Under the pieces are notes generated by a model that worked only from the letters and a program-made list of their open reading frames with translations, was not told the origin of the DNA and did no database searches. A program made the translations under genes and the position numbers. Shown here one piece after another: positions 17,926 through 26,439 of a stretch of DNA of 64,000 bases. This stretch comes from Phycisphaerae bacterium (GTDB taxonomy: Bacteria; Planctomycetota; Phycisphaerae; Sedimentisphaerales; UBA12454). Numbering within the stretch: position 1 is the first letter of the stretch; each line of letters opens with the position of its first letter. The stretch lies in assembly GCA_041661665.1 (NCBI GenBank), contig JBAZTW010000007.1:961-64960 (forward strand). The letters are read 5' to 3'.

Positions 17926-17962
17926 TCTCTGTGTCTCTGTGGTGAATTTTTTTATGTCAAAT
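17926..17962 (+). promoter_or_regulatory. CTCTGTG-word / GGTGAA / N7 / ATGTCAAAT translation-start module (mlaE copy)
   Basis: TCTCTGTGTCTCTGTGGTGAA-TTTTTTT-ATGTCAAAT, immediately after the alaS stop. Confidence 0.6.
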
Positions 17963-18790
17963 GGAAATGGTAAAACTTCGCTTCTCGCCAAATTTGGCGC
18001 ATCCGTTATTGAAACCGTATATCACAGCGGCCGTTTTGCTCGCTTCCAATGGTCAGCAATAACCGCTTCCTGCTCCGTCTGCCTAAAACCAGCTATGTAC
18101 CCCCTCATCTTAAACCAAATGCTCGCCATCGGCGTCCGCTCCGTCCCGGTCGTTGCAATAACTGGCGCGTTTGTGGGAATGGTGCTGGCGATACAGGCTT
18201 ACGACCAGCTTGCGGGGTTGGGAATCGAAGAACATTTGGGCGTGCTGATAAATTTGTCGGTTGTTAAGGAGCTTGGGCCGGTGCTGGCGGCAGTGATGCT
18301 TGCGGGTCGAGTCGGCGGAGCTTTGACGGCGGAACTCGGCACAATGAATGTTACCGAACAGATACTGGCGGTTCAGAGTATGGGAACTAATCCAATCCGG
18401 TATTTAGTCGCGCCGCGATGGATAGCCTGTCTGCTTCTTACGCCCGTTTTGATTATCTATGGCGATTTTCTTGGAATGCTCGGCGGGTATCTGATTAGTG
18501 TGCCATACCTCGGTATTAACAACGCGGCATATTGGAATTACAGCGCATCGGGCGTTGAGTTCTGGGATATATCAATAGGAATAATAAAGGGATTTTTCTT
18601 CGGTATCGCGATTGCGGGCGTAAGCTGCTATAAAGGCTTCCACTGCAAAGAAGGTGCGCAAGGCGTAGGCGAAGCCTGCACCGAAGCGTTTGTCGGAAGC
18701 TTTATTATTATTCTGGCAATCGATTTTGTTCTCGTCGTAGTCTCAAAGGCGATATATTCGTCGCTCTGGCCTTTGAGAATGCTGCTTTAA
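17954..18790 (+). CDS. mlaE: MlaE-family ABC transporter permease
   Basis: LGPVLAAVMLAGRVGGALTAELGTMNVTEQILAVQSMGTNPIRYLVAPR is the conserved MlaE/YrbE block. Multi-TM protein. Confidence 0.85.
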   Translation: MSNGNGKTSLLAKFGASVIETVYHSGRFARFQWSAITASCSVCLKPAMYPLILNQMLAIGVRSVPVVAITGAFVGMVLAIQAYDQLAGLGIEEHLGVLINLSVVKELGPVLAAVMLAGRVGGALTAELGTMNVTEQILAVQSMGTNPIRYLVAPRWIACLLLTPVLIIYGDFLGMLGGYLISVPYLGINNAAYWNYSASGVEFWDISIGIIKGFFFGIAIAGVSCYKGFHCKEGAQGVGEACTEAFVGSFIIILAIDFVLVVVSKAIYSSLWPLRMLL

Positions 18791-18832
18791 AAATGTATAA
18801 CCACAGATTACACAGATAACACGGATTAAAAA

Positions 18833-19657
18833 GTGGAAAAAAAAACATCAGCATCTGAAGAGATAATTGCTCTTAAGAATATCAACAAGAGCTTCGGCAG
18901 TAATGTCGTACTTGACGATATTTCGCTTTCTTTCGAGAAGGGCAAAACAACCGTAATCATCGGGCCAAGCGGCTGCGGCAAAACCGTCTTAATCAAACAT
19001 ATTATCGTTCTCCTCCGGCCCGATACGGGCAGAGTTTATTTTCACGATATGAGAATTGATAATATGCAGGAAAAGCAGCTCGATGCGATTCGCACAAGAA
19101 TGGGATTTTTGTTTCAGGGCGGTGCGCTTTTCGACAGTCTGAATGTTTTAGAAAATGTCATCTTTCCGGTCAAGCAGCACGTCAAAATTAAAAATACTGA
19201 AAAACTTCACGAGCTGGGCAGGACAAAATTAGCGATGGTCGGAATGGAAAGTTTTGTGAACGCATATCCCGCTAAACTTTCCGGCGGACAAAAAAAGAGG
19301 GTCGCTTTGGCAAGAGCGATAGCTATGAGTCCGGAAGTGATTTTGTATGATGAGCCTACGACGGGTCTTGACCCGATACGCTCGGATGTGATTAACGAAT
19401 TGATTATAAAATTGCAGAAGGAGCTTGGCATCACGAGCATTGTTGTTACGCACGATATGGCCAGCGCGTATAAAGTCGCTGACCGGATTATAATGCTGCA
19501 CAAGGGCAAAGTTGCCGCCGATGGCAACGCTGATTATATACGCAATCATTCTTCGCCCGTCGTTCAGCAGTTTATCAACGGCCAGGCCGACGATGACGAT
19601 TTAAAAGCCCTGCGGGCTTCAAGTTCTGATATTAAAATTTCGGATATTGAACAGTAG
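18833..19657 (+). CDS. mlaF: MlaF-like ABC transporter ATP-binding protein
   Basis: Walker A GPSGCGKT, signature LSGGQKKRVALARA, Walker B ILYDEPTTGLD. GTG start as given by the ORF track. Confidence 0.85.
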   Translation: MEKKTSASEEIIALKNINKSFGSNVVLDDISLSFEKGKTTVIIGPSGCGKTVLIKHIIVLLRPDTGRVYFHDMRIDNMQEKQLDAIRTRMGFLFQGGALFDSLNVLENVIFPVKQHVKIKNTEKLHELGRTKLAMVGMESFVNAYPAKLSGGQKKRVALARAIAMSPEVILYDEPTTGLDPIRSDVINELIIKLQKELGITSIVVTHDMASAYKVADRIIMLHKGKVAADGNADYIRNHSSPVVQQFINGQADDDDLKALRASSSDIKISDIEQ

Positions 19658-19660
19658 TTT

Positions 19661-19812
19661 TAGCCACAGAGAACACAGAGGGCACAGAGATATAAAATAT
19701 ATAACCGCGGATGATGCTGATTTCGCAGAAAAAAGAAGTAAAGATGTAAAGAAGTGCGGAGGCAATGAAATCTGCTGAAACCAATTCCTTACTTCCTTAT
19801 GGTCCTTTTTTA
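19661..19812. repeat. Word elements after mlaF (reverse CTCTGTG words, then a CCTTACTT-arm hairpin)
   Basis: GCCACAGAGAACACAGAGGGCACAGAGA (19663-19690). AAAAAGAAGTAAAGATGTAAAGAAG ... TTCCTTACTTCCTTATGG forms inverted arms (19730-19812). Confidence 0.75.
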
Positions 19813-19871
19813 TTTGGTTTCTGCGCAAATGCAGTTTTGCAATTTGATAACATGATTTGGAGAAAATTCGG

Positions 19872-20597
19872 ATGAAAGATGTTATTTCAAAAATGACGTT
19901 CAGTTTTTTGATGGCTCAGTTCCTGCCCGGTGCGGTTGTGATGTTCTCCGCCATCTGTGCATTTGGGCGCGTGGCCAATCAGCCAAATAATTCTTGTGGC
20001 ACTAAAATAGCATATATACCCATTGAAGCCGCGAAGAGTTCTCTTGCTTCACCGTTTCACATTATAGGTTTTGTTTTTCTTTCTGTCGCAATAGGTATGT
20101 TGATCCATGGTATTCACTGGGTTACATTGGGAGGTCTGGAGCATTATGCGACAAAGAAAAACAAGGAACATTCAATCAGAGATTTGTGGTGGTACAAAAA
20201 CATTCCAGCATTCCCTTTGATTGCCTTCGCACCAATAATAATGGCCATGGAAGTAATTTGCTTCTTGCTTGTGCGGCGAATTGACAGTTTGACGATGGAT
20301 GAAAATGTTTCAGATATTCCAAAGGATAAGATAGACGCATTTCTTTACCTTCAAGAGTTTTATCTGTCTTTTGGACAGTTCTATGCACATATGGCCTATG
20401 CGTTGGCAATTAGTCTGTTTTTCATACTCAAAGCTCTTAAATTATGCAACTTAAGTTGTGTCCAGCATTATAGCTTTGCGGTTGGACTTTGGTTGTTGGT
20501 AGGAATATTTTTTGTTTTAGGGCGAATCCAACTAAGTTCACTATTCAAGGCGGAAAGAGAAATAGTCAAAAAGACTGACCCAAAACCAAAAGAGTAG
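19872..20597 (+). CDS. Hypothetical multi-pass membrane protein (AT-rich island)
   Basis: About 5-6 hydrophobic segments. GGAG lies 8 nt upstream of ATG 19872; the ORF track starts at TTG 19857. No family recognised. Confidence 0.55.
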   Translation: MKDVISKMTFSFLMAQFLPGAVVMFSAICAFGRVANQPNNSCGTKIAYIPIEAAKSSLASPFHIIGFVFLSVAIGMLIHGIHWVTLGGLEHYATKKNKEHSIRDLWWYKNIPAFPLIAFAPIIMAMEVICFLLVRRIDSLTMDENVSDIPKDKIDAFLYLQEFYLSFGQFYAHMAYALAISLFFILKALKLCNLSCVQHYSFAVGLWLLVGIFFVLGRIQLSSLFKAEREIVKKTDPKPKE

Positions 20598-20717
20598 AGA
20601 ATTGAAAAAAATAATTATTCGTAAAATAAGCAGAATCTACGATTTTTTCTTCGTGCTTTGGTGGCCTTTTGACTCTATTCAGGACAGGTCGATTATCAAT
20701 GAAAAACACTCCAAAAC

Positions 20718-20792
20718 CGTGAAAAGTAGTGCTTTTTAGAAGTGTTTTCACGATTATATTGACAAAAGCGTGAAAATTCGTATAATTTAGTT
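20718..20792 (+). promoter_or_regulatory. Consensus sigma-70-type promoter with three CGTGAAAA boxes, upstream of fic
   Basis: TTGACA (20759-20764), 16-nt spacer, TATAAT (20781-20786), then ATG at 20793 only 6 nt after the -10. CGTGAAAA sits at 20718-20725 and 20769-20776 (inside the spacer), and inverted as TTTTCACG at 20745-20752. Confidence 0.6.
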
Positions 20793-21686
20793 ATGCCAAA
20801 AATATTACAGATATTCAATACAATTACTCGCCTGAGAAAGCGATATTACGCTGCTGTTATCGGCAAGGAATCGCTCATAAAAATATTGAGCGAGACGGAG
20901 GTTGCCGAGCAGGTTTATAACTCCAACGCTATCGAGAACAGTACTCTTACTCTTGAAGAAACGGAGAAAATTCTATTACAAATAGATTTAGACAGATACA
21001 TTTCAGAGCGGGAAATTTTTGAGGCCAGGAATCTTGCGCGAGTAGTTTCTTATATTGATACAAGAGCTAAAGAACAGGAACTTAATCTTGAGGTTATTCT
21101 GTCGCTTCACAAAATGCTTATGGGTAATCTCCGTGAAGACATCGCAGGGAGATTTCGCAAGTCCGGCGAGTATGTTCATGTCGCCGGCCATATAGCTCCG
21201 GCCCCGGAAGAAGTAACAGAAAGATTAGAAAAAATGCTTGCGGCATATAACGCTGCCAGCCATGAAAATATTATAAAGCGTATTGCTTTGCTGCATCTTA
21301 AGTTTGAACAGACGCATCCATTTGTTGATGGTAACGGCAGAATCGGAAGAGTAATAAATAATTATTTGCTGATACGAGAAGGTTTTGTGCCGGTAAATAT
21401 CAAATTTATTGACAGAAAAATGTATTACGAGGCTTTTAATGAGTTTAACGAAAAAGGCGCTGCGAAAATAATGGAGGAAATAGTAGGCAAATCGCTTACG
21501 AACAGTTATCACAGGAGGCTTGCATATTTAGAAGGTGCGCAAATTATGACGCTTGGCGAATACGCAAAAAAATATAAAATATCGCACTCAAATTTGATAA
21601 ATAAAGCGAATCGCCAAACCATAGAGGCTTTTCTTGAAAAAGGGGTTTGGAAAATAGGCGTAAATAAAAAAACAGATAAGTTATGA
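20793..21686 (+). CDS. fic: Fic/DOC family protein (class II, N-terminal inhibitory motif)
   Basis: Fic motif HPFVDGNGRIGR. Upstream SNAIEN fits the (S/T)xxxE(G/N) inhibitory helix. The C-terminal segment LGEYAKKYKISHSNLINKANR looks HTH-like. Confidence 0.88.
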   Translation: MPKILQIFNTITRLRKRYYAAVIGKESLIKILSETEVAEQVYNSNAIENSTLTLEETEKILLQIDLDRYISEREIFEARNLARVVSYIDTRAKEQELNLEVILSLHKMLMGNLREDIAGRFRKSGEYVHVAGHIAPAPEEVTERLEKMLAAYNAASHENIIKRIALLHLKFEQTHPFVDGNGRIGRVINNYLLIREGFVPVNIKFIDRKMYYEAFNEFNEKGAAKIMEEIVGKSLTNSYHRRLAYLEGAQIMTLGEYAKKYKISHSNLINKANRQTIEAFLEKGVWKIGVNKKTDKL

Positions 21687-24538
21687 ATACCAAACAACCC
21701 CAGCGAATTGCAGATGAACTTTTGCCATTGCTCAAAGGTGAATGCTTTGCGGATATTTTCACCCGCGTCGCCTTCAGTACCGACGGCAGCATTTATCAGA
21801 TAATCCCGCTTTGCATTGTCGCACCGGCAAATACGGACGACATTGCTATTGTCGTAAAATACGCAGGGCAAAATAACATTCCTATTTCTCCACGCGGAGC
21901 GGGCAGCGGACTTGGCGGCGAGTCGCTGACGGCTGGCATAATGCTCGATACGACGAGGTTTATGAATAAAATTACCGGCGTATCCGTTGACGGCGGCACA
22001 GTTACCTGCCAGGTCGGCGTTGTGCTTGACGATGTGAATAAATATCTTGCAAAGTTCGGCAAGAAAATCGGGCCTGACCCATCGAGCGGCAACCGCGCGG
22101 TTATAGGCGGAGTTGTGGCGAATAATTCCACCGGCGCTCATTCGCTTAGTTACGGATATATCTCGAATTTTGTAGAAAAGATAAAATACGTTTTGCCGGA
22201 TGGAAGAATCTCTGAATTTGAAAATAATATCGGCAGCGGCGAGAAAAAAATCGCAAAAGACTGCTTCGAGCTTTTAAATTCAAACACCGAGCTAATTGCG
22301 AAAGTTCAGCCATCAACGAAACGAAATCACAGCGGATATAATATCGCCAATGTTGTGCATAACGGCAGAATTGATATGGCCAAAATGCTGGCAGGTTCGG
22401 AAGGAACGCTGGCAATATTCACGGAAGTAACGCTGCGAAGTGTAGATATCCCGAAAGTAACTGCGGTTGTGCAGTTTGAATTTGATTCTTTGGATAAAAT
22501 GGCACACGCGGTTCCGATTATTGTCGATTGCGGCGCGGCAGCCTGCGAACTGATGGGACAGGATTTGATAAAAATCGCAAGAGAAGCATTTGAGCAGTAT
22601 CACGATATTCTCAATCCTGACTCGGTCGCGAGTTTGCTTGTGGAATTTTGCGGCGATACGAATGATGAGGTGAAGGGAAAAATAGAAAAAGCAGTTTCAG
22701 CGGTCAGCGGTCTCTGTTTCGATAAAACAATAGTCTTCGACCCGGCGATTCAAAAGCGGCTGTTTAAATGTCGGAAAGATGCGGTTCCTCTTTTAGCAAG
22801 GAATAAAGGACTCAAGCAGCCTGTGCCTTTTATAGAGGATGTTTCGGTCGATAGCAGGAAATTGGTGGAGTATCTGGCGGGTTTGCAAATAATCGGCGAA
22901 AAGTATAAAGTCGATATGGTTTATTACGGGCACGCGGGCGATGGCGAAATTCATGTTCGGCCTTATCTCGATTTGTCCGACCATGCCGATTTGAAAAAAA
23001 TGACAGAAATAGCGGAAGAAGTTTTTTCGCTTGCGCTGTCGCTGGGCGGTTCGCTGAGCGGAGAACATGCCGATGGGCTGATTCATGCGGCGTTTATGGA
23101 AAAGCATTTTGGCAGGGAATATTGCGATATTCTAAGAAAGCTTAAAAAAATATTCGACCCAAAAAATATTCTCAACCCAGGTAAAATTATCAGCGATAAC
23201 CCCAATGTAATGATTGAAAATCTTCGCACTGAACATAAATTGATTGATGAGCGGATTACGCCGGTGCTGAATTTTAAAAATGACGAATTCAAATTCGAGG
23301 TTATCCAGTGCAGCGGCTGCGGATTGTGCAGAAGTACGGATTCTGTTTTGCGGATGTGTCCGGTGTTTCGCGCAATGGACAGTAATGAGTTGTATTCATC
23401 CCGCGCAAGAGCGAATTTATTAGCGGCGTGGGCAAAGGGGTTAATCAGCGAGCAGGATTTCGAGTCGGAGCAGTTTCGAGAAATTTTGTCTAACTGCATA
23501 AATTGCAAGGCGTGCGTTTTGGATTGCCCATCGGGCGTGGATATCTCAAAAATGATGATGGATGTCCGGGCAAGATTAGCAAAGAAAAAAGGGCTTGCGA
23601 AAACTGCACGGGTTTTGACGTATAGCAGATATATAAGCATTTTAAGTTCGGCCTTTGCACCAATGAGCAATTTTGTTATGAACCTGCCGCTGATGAAGCA
23701 GCTTATGAATGTTTGGTTTGGAATTGATAAACGCAGAGGGATGCCGAAGTTTGGTTTTTCGAGTTTTATTAAAAAAGCGAATAAGTTTTTGGCTGCGGAG
23801 CCAAAGCTCGAAAATCCAAATGATAAGGTGGCGTATTTTACGGACACTTATGTGAATTACAACGACCATGAACTGGGTTTTGCGGCAATAAAATTTTTGC
23901 GGGCAAATAATATCGAAGTAATTATTCCTGCACAGAGACCTGCTCCGCTGCCGGCGGTGGTCTATGGCGATATCGCGACAAGTAGAAAAGATTTACAATA
24001 CAATGTTGAGCAGTTGGCGAAGGTGATTAAGAAGGGCTATAAAATTATTTGTTCCGAACCGAGTGCGGCGTTATGCTTGAAAGAAGATTTAAGATTTTTT
24101 GTAGATAGCGATGATGCGAGATTAGTTTCTGGAAACGTATTTGAGTTTTTTGAATATTTAAAAACGGTTGAGATTGCCGCGGCCGCAACAAGCGGCCTCG
24201 CAATGACAAGTTATGTTCATCATACGCCCTGCCATTTGCTGGTATTGGAAAAGAAGCCTGCTTCGGTGGAAGTTTTGAAACAATTATGCGGTATTGAAGT
24301 TGAGGAATTAAACGCAGGCTGCTGCGGAATCGCGGGCACATTCGGAATGCAGAAGAAAAATTATGATATGTCGATAAAAATCGGCAAGGGGCTGGCTGAA
24401 AAGATACGGCTGTCAAACGCCGATGTGATTTTGACCGAATGTTCGACCTGCAAAATGCAGATTGAACATTTGACCGGCAAAAAAGTCGAACATCCAATAA
24501 AATTATTGTGGGATGTTTATGGAAACAGACAACCTTAA
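21683..24538 (+). CDS. FAD-binding oxidase fused to Fe-S (CCG/4Fe-4S) oxidoreductase domains (GlcD/GlcF- or D-lactate dehydrogenase-like)
   Basis: N-terminal FAD-binding PCMH-type region (PRGAGSGLGGES). Two ferredoxin-like Cys clusters (CSGCGLCRSTDSVLRMCP, CINCKACVLDCP). C-terminal Cys-rich repeats (CCGIAG, ECSTCK). The ATG overlaps the fic stop (ATGA). Confidence 0.8.
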   Translation: MNTKQPQRIADELLPLLKGECFADIFTRVAFSTDGSIYQIIPLCIVAPANTDDIAIVVKYAGQNNIPISPRGAGSGLGGESLTAGIMLDTTRFMNKITGVSVDGGTVTCQVGVVLDDVNKYLAKFGKKIGPDPSSGNRAVIGGVVANNSTGAHSLSYGYISNFVEKIKYVLPDGRISEFENNIGSGEKKIAKDCFELLNSNTELIAKVQPSTKRNHSGYNIANVVHNGRIDMAKMLAGSEGTLAIFTEVTLRSVDIPKVTAVVQFEFDSLDKMAHAVPIIVDCGAAACELMGQDLIKIAREAFEQYHDILNPDSVASLLVEFCGDTNDEVKGKIEKAVSAVSGLCFDKTIVFDPAIQKRLFKCRKDAVPLLARNKGLKQPVPFIEDVSVDSRKLVEYLAGLQIIGEKYKVDMVYYGHAGDGEIHVRPYLDLSDHADLKKMTEIAEEVFSLALSLGGSLSGEHADGLIHAAFMEKHFGREYCDILRKLKKIFDPKNILNPGKIISDNPNVMIENLRTEHKLIDERITPVLNFKNDEFKFEVIQCSGCGLCRSTDSVLRMCPVFRAMDSNELYSSRARANLLAAWAKGLISEQDFESEQFREILSNCINCKACVLDCPSGVDISKMMMDVRARLAKKKGLAKTARVLTYSRYISILSSAFAPMSNFVMNLPLMKQLMNVWFGIDKRRGMPKFGFSSFIKKANKFLAAEPKLENPNDKVAYFTDTYVNYNDHELGFAAIKFLRANNIEVIIPAQRPAPLPAVVYGDIATSRKDLQYNVEQLAKVIKKGYKIICSEPSAALCLKEDLRFFVDSDDARLVSGNVFEFFEYLKTVEIAAAATSGLAMTSYVHHTPCHLLVLEKKPASVEVLKQLCGIEVEELNAGCCGIAGTFGMQKKNYDMSIKIGKGLAEKIRLSNADVILTECSTCKMQIEHLTGKKVEHPIKLLWDVYGNRQP

Positions 24539-25550
24539 AGAAGCGGTTTTGTATCGGCCTATTGAAGGACGCAAAGTACAGTGCGAGCTTTGTAATTGGC
24601 GATGCGTGATTGCGGCGGACGGTTTGGGATATTGCAGGGTTCGCAAAAATATCGACGGCAAATTATATTCGCTCAACTATCATAAACTTTGCGCGGCGAA
24701 TCCCGACCCGATAGAAAAAAAACCACTGTTTCATTTTTTGCCGGGCAGTAAAAGCTTTTCAATATCGGCGCCGGGCTGCAATTTTCAATGCGTGTTTTGC
24801 CAGAACTGGCACATCAGTCAGACAACAGGCCAAATCAGCGGAAAACCATTTGAGCCGAGAGATGTTGTCGAGCTGGCGATTAGGTCGGATTGCAAAAGCA
24901 TCGCTTATACATATACAGAGCCGACGGTGTTTATGGAGATTGCGGCGGATGTGGGAAAAATCGCGAAACAAAAAGGGCTTGCCAATATTTTTGTTTCCAA
25001 CGGGTTTATGACGAAAGAGGCTCTCGATTTTTCCGCTGATTGGTTAGATGGAATAAATGTCGACCTCAAAGCATTTACGGAAGATTACTATAAAAATCTG
25101 TGCAAGGCGAAATTGAAGCCTGTGCTTGAGACGATAGATTATATTGCGAACCATACGAAAATATGGATGGAAATTACGACGCTTGTTGTGCCGGGAGAAA
25201 ATGATTCCGACGGCGAGCTGAAACAAATCGCGGAATTTATTTTCAATACCTGCGGGGCTGATACGCCCTGGCACATCAGCAGATTTTATCCACAATATAA
25301 ACTTACCGATACTCAGCCAACGCCGGAGGCAACGCTTCGGCGGGCATTCGATATCGCAAAGTCGGCGGGATTAAAATATGTGTATATAGGTAATCTGCGG
25401 ACGCAAAATGCCGAGAACACCTGCTGTCCGAAATGTAAAGAACTGCTGATTGAACGGGAGGGATTTTGCGTAATAAAAAACAGGATAATAAATAACCAAT
25501 GTCCTGATTGCGGCGAAAAAATCGCAGGGTTTAACATTTCCAACCGCTAA
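24513..25550 (+). CDS. AmmeMemoRadiSam-system-type radical SAM enzyme (PflA-like activase family)
   Basis: Radical SAM cluster CNFQCVFCQNW, N-terminal CELCNWRCVI...GYCRVR and C-terminal CPKC...CPDC zinc-ribbon-like pairs. It overlaps the upstream gene by 26 nt. Confidence 0.75.
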   Translation: MFMETDNLKEAVLYRPIEGRKVQCELCNWRCVIAADGLGYCRVRKNIDGKLYSLNYHKLCAANPDPIEKKPLFHFLPGSKSFSISAPGCNFQCVFCQNWHISQTTGQISGKPFEPRDVVELAIRSDCKSIAYTYTEPTVFMEIAADVGKIAKQKGLANIFVSNGFMTKEALDFSADWLDGINVDLKAFTEDYYKNLCKAKLKPVLETIDYIANHTKIWMEITTLVVPGENDSDGELKQIAEFIFNTCGADTPWHISRFYPQYKLTDTQPTPEATLRRAFDIAKSAGLKYVYIGNLRTQNAENTCCPKCKELLIEREGFCVIKNRIINNQCPDCGEKIAGFNISNR

Positions 25551-25643
25551 CATCTACCATAACTACCTTAATATAAATAAGTTATATTAAACGCTTTGTA
25601 GAATATATTTTTTTATTGAATATTACGCCCAATCCTTGATAAT

Positions 25644-25669
25644 AATGGGCTTATAATATTAAGCCCATT
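25644..25669. promoter_or_regulatory. 10-bp perfect inverted repeat around a TATAAT-like hexamer
   Basis: AATGGGCTTA-TAATAT-TAAGCCCATT lies 15 nt upstream of the AAGGAG SD of the 25684 gene. A related half-site GCCCAAT is at 25627-25633. Confidence 0.4.
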
Positions 25670-25683
25670 CAAAAGGAGCGTCC

Positions 25684-26418
25684 ATGGGACCGTTGCTTAA
25701 TGCTCTGGTAAAACTTCAAAGTGTAGAAAATAATTTGAGAGCGGCCAAGGCCAAGCTTGCCCGCTGTCGCAGAAATGTTATCCTCAAGGAAAATCAACTC
25801 CGCGCACTGCAAAATACCCTCGAAGCAAAAAAGGAAGAGATTCAGCTAACCAGAATACAGGTTGACCGACTCGAACTGGAAGTCAAAAGCACAGAGGATA
25901 CGCTTGCCAAATACAGAGCGGCGCTTAACTCGGCAAAAAGCAATAAGGAATATGCCGCGATTCTAACAGAACTGAACACCACAAAGGCTGACAGCAGCAA
26001 GGTTGAATCGCAGACCCTGGAAATGATGAAAAACGTTGAAGCTGACCAGACTCAGTGCAAGCAAATAGAAGAAGAGATAGAAAAAGAGAAAATTGAGCTT
26101 GGCGAAATTCGCAAACAGACCGAGGAGTTGGCGAAAAAGTTTGAGGCGGAAATCGCTGCGGTTGAACTGCAATGGCAGGCGGCGGCAAAAGATGTTCAGG
26201 CCGATGCGATGGAAACATTTAAAAGAGTTGCTGAAACTTATGACGGCGAAGCAATCGCCGAGATTGAAATACATGACAGCAGAAGCGGCATTTATACCTG
26301 CGGCGGATGTTTTATGAGCCTGACAACGGAGACGGCAAATACGCTTCTGAGCCGCGATGAAATTATCAGATGTCCGAATTGTACCCGCATTTTATATTTC
26401 AAAGACAGCGAAATCTAA
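25684..26418 (+). CDS. Coiled-coil / C4 zinc-ribbon protein (COG1579, DUF164-like)
   Basis: Long heptad-rich region, then CGGCFMSL...RCPNCTRILY. Confidence 0.75.
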   Translation: MGPLLNALVKLQSVENNLRAAKAKLARCRRNVILKENQLRALQNTLEAKKEEIQLTRIQVDRLELEVKSTEDTLAKYRAALNSAKSNKEYAAILTELNTTKADSSKVESQTLEMMKNVEADQTQCKQIEEEIEKEKIELGEIRKQTEELAKKFEAEIAAVELQWQAAAKDVQADAMETFKRVAETYDGEAIAEIEIHDSRSGIYTCGGCFMSLTTETANTLLSRDEIIRCPNCTRILYFKDSEI

Positions 26419-26439
26419 AGGCTGCTTACTTAAACCTTT

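Noticed and set aside
19658-19871. Missing MlaD (MCE) gene after mlaE-mlaF as evidence that the Fic island disrupted the operon.
   Set aside because: No MCE-like remnant is visible in any frame of 19658-19871 or after 21686. Gene order of mla genes varies between phyla, so disruption cannot be supported from this window alone.
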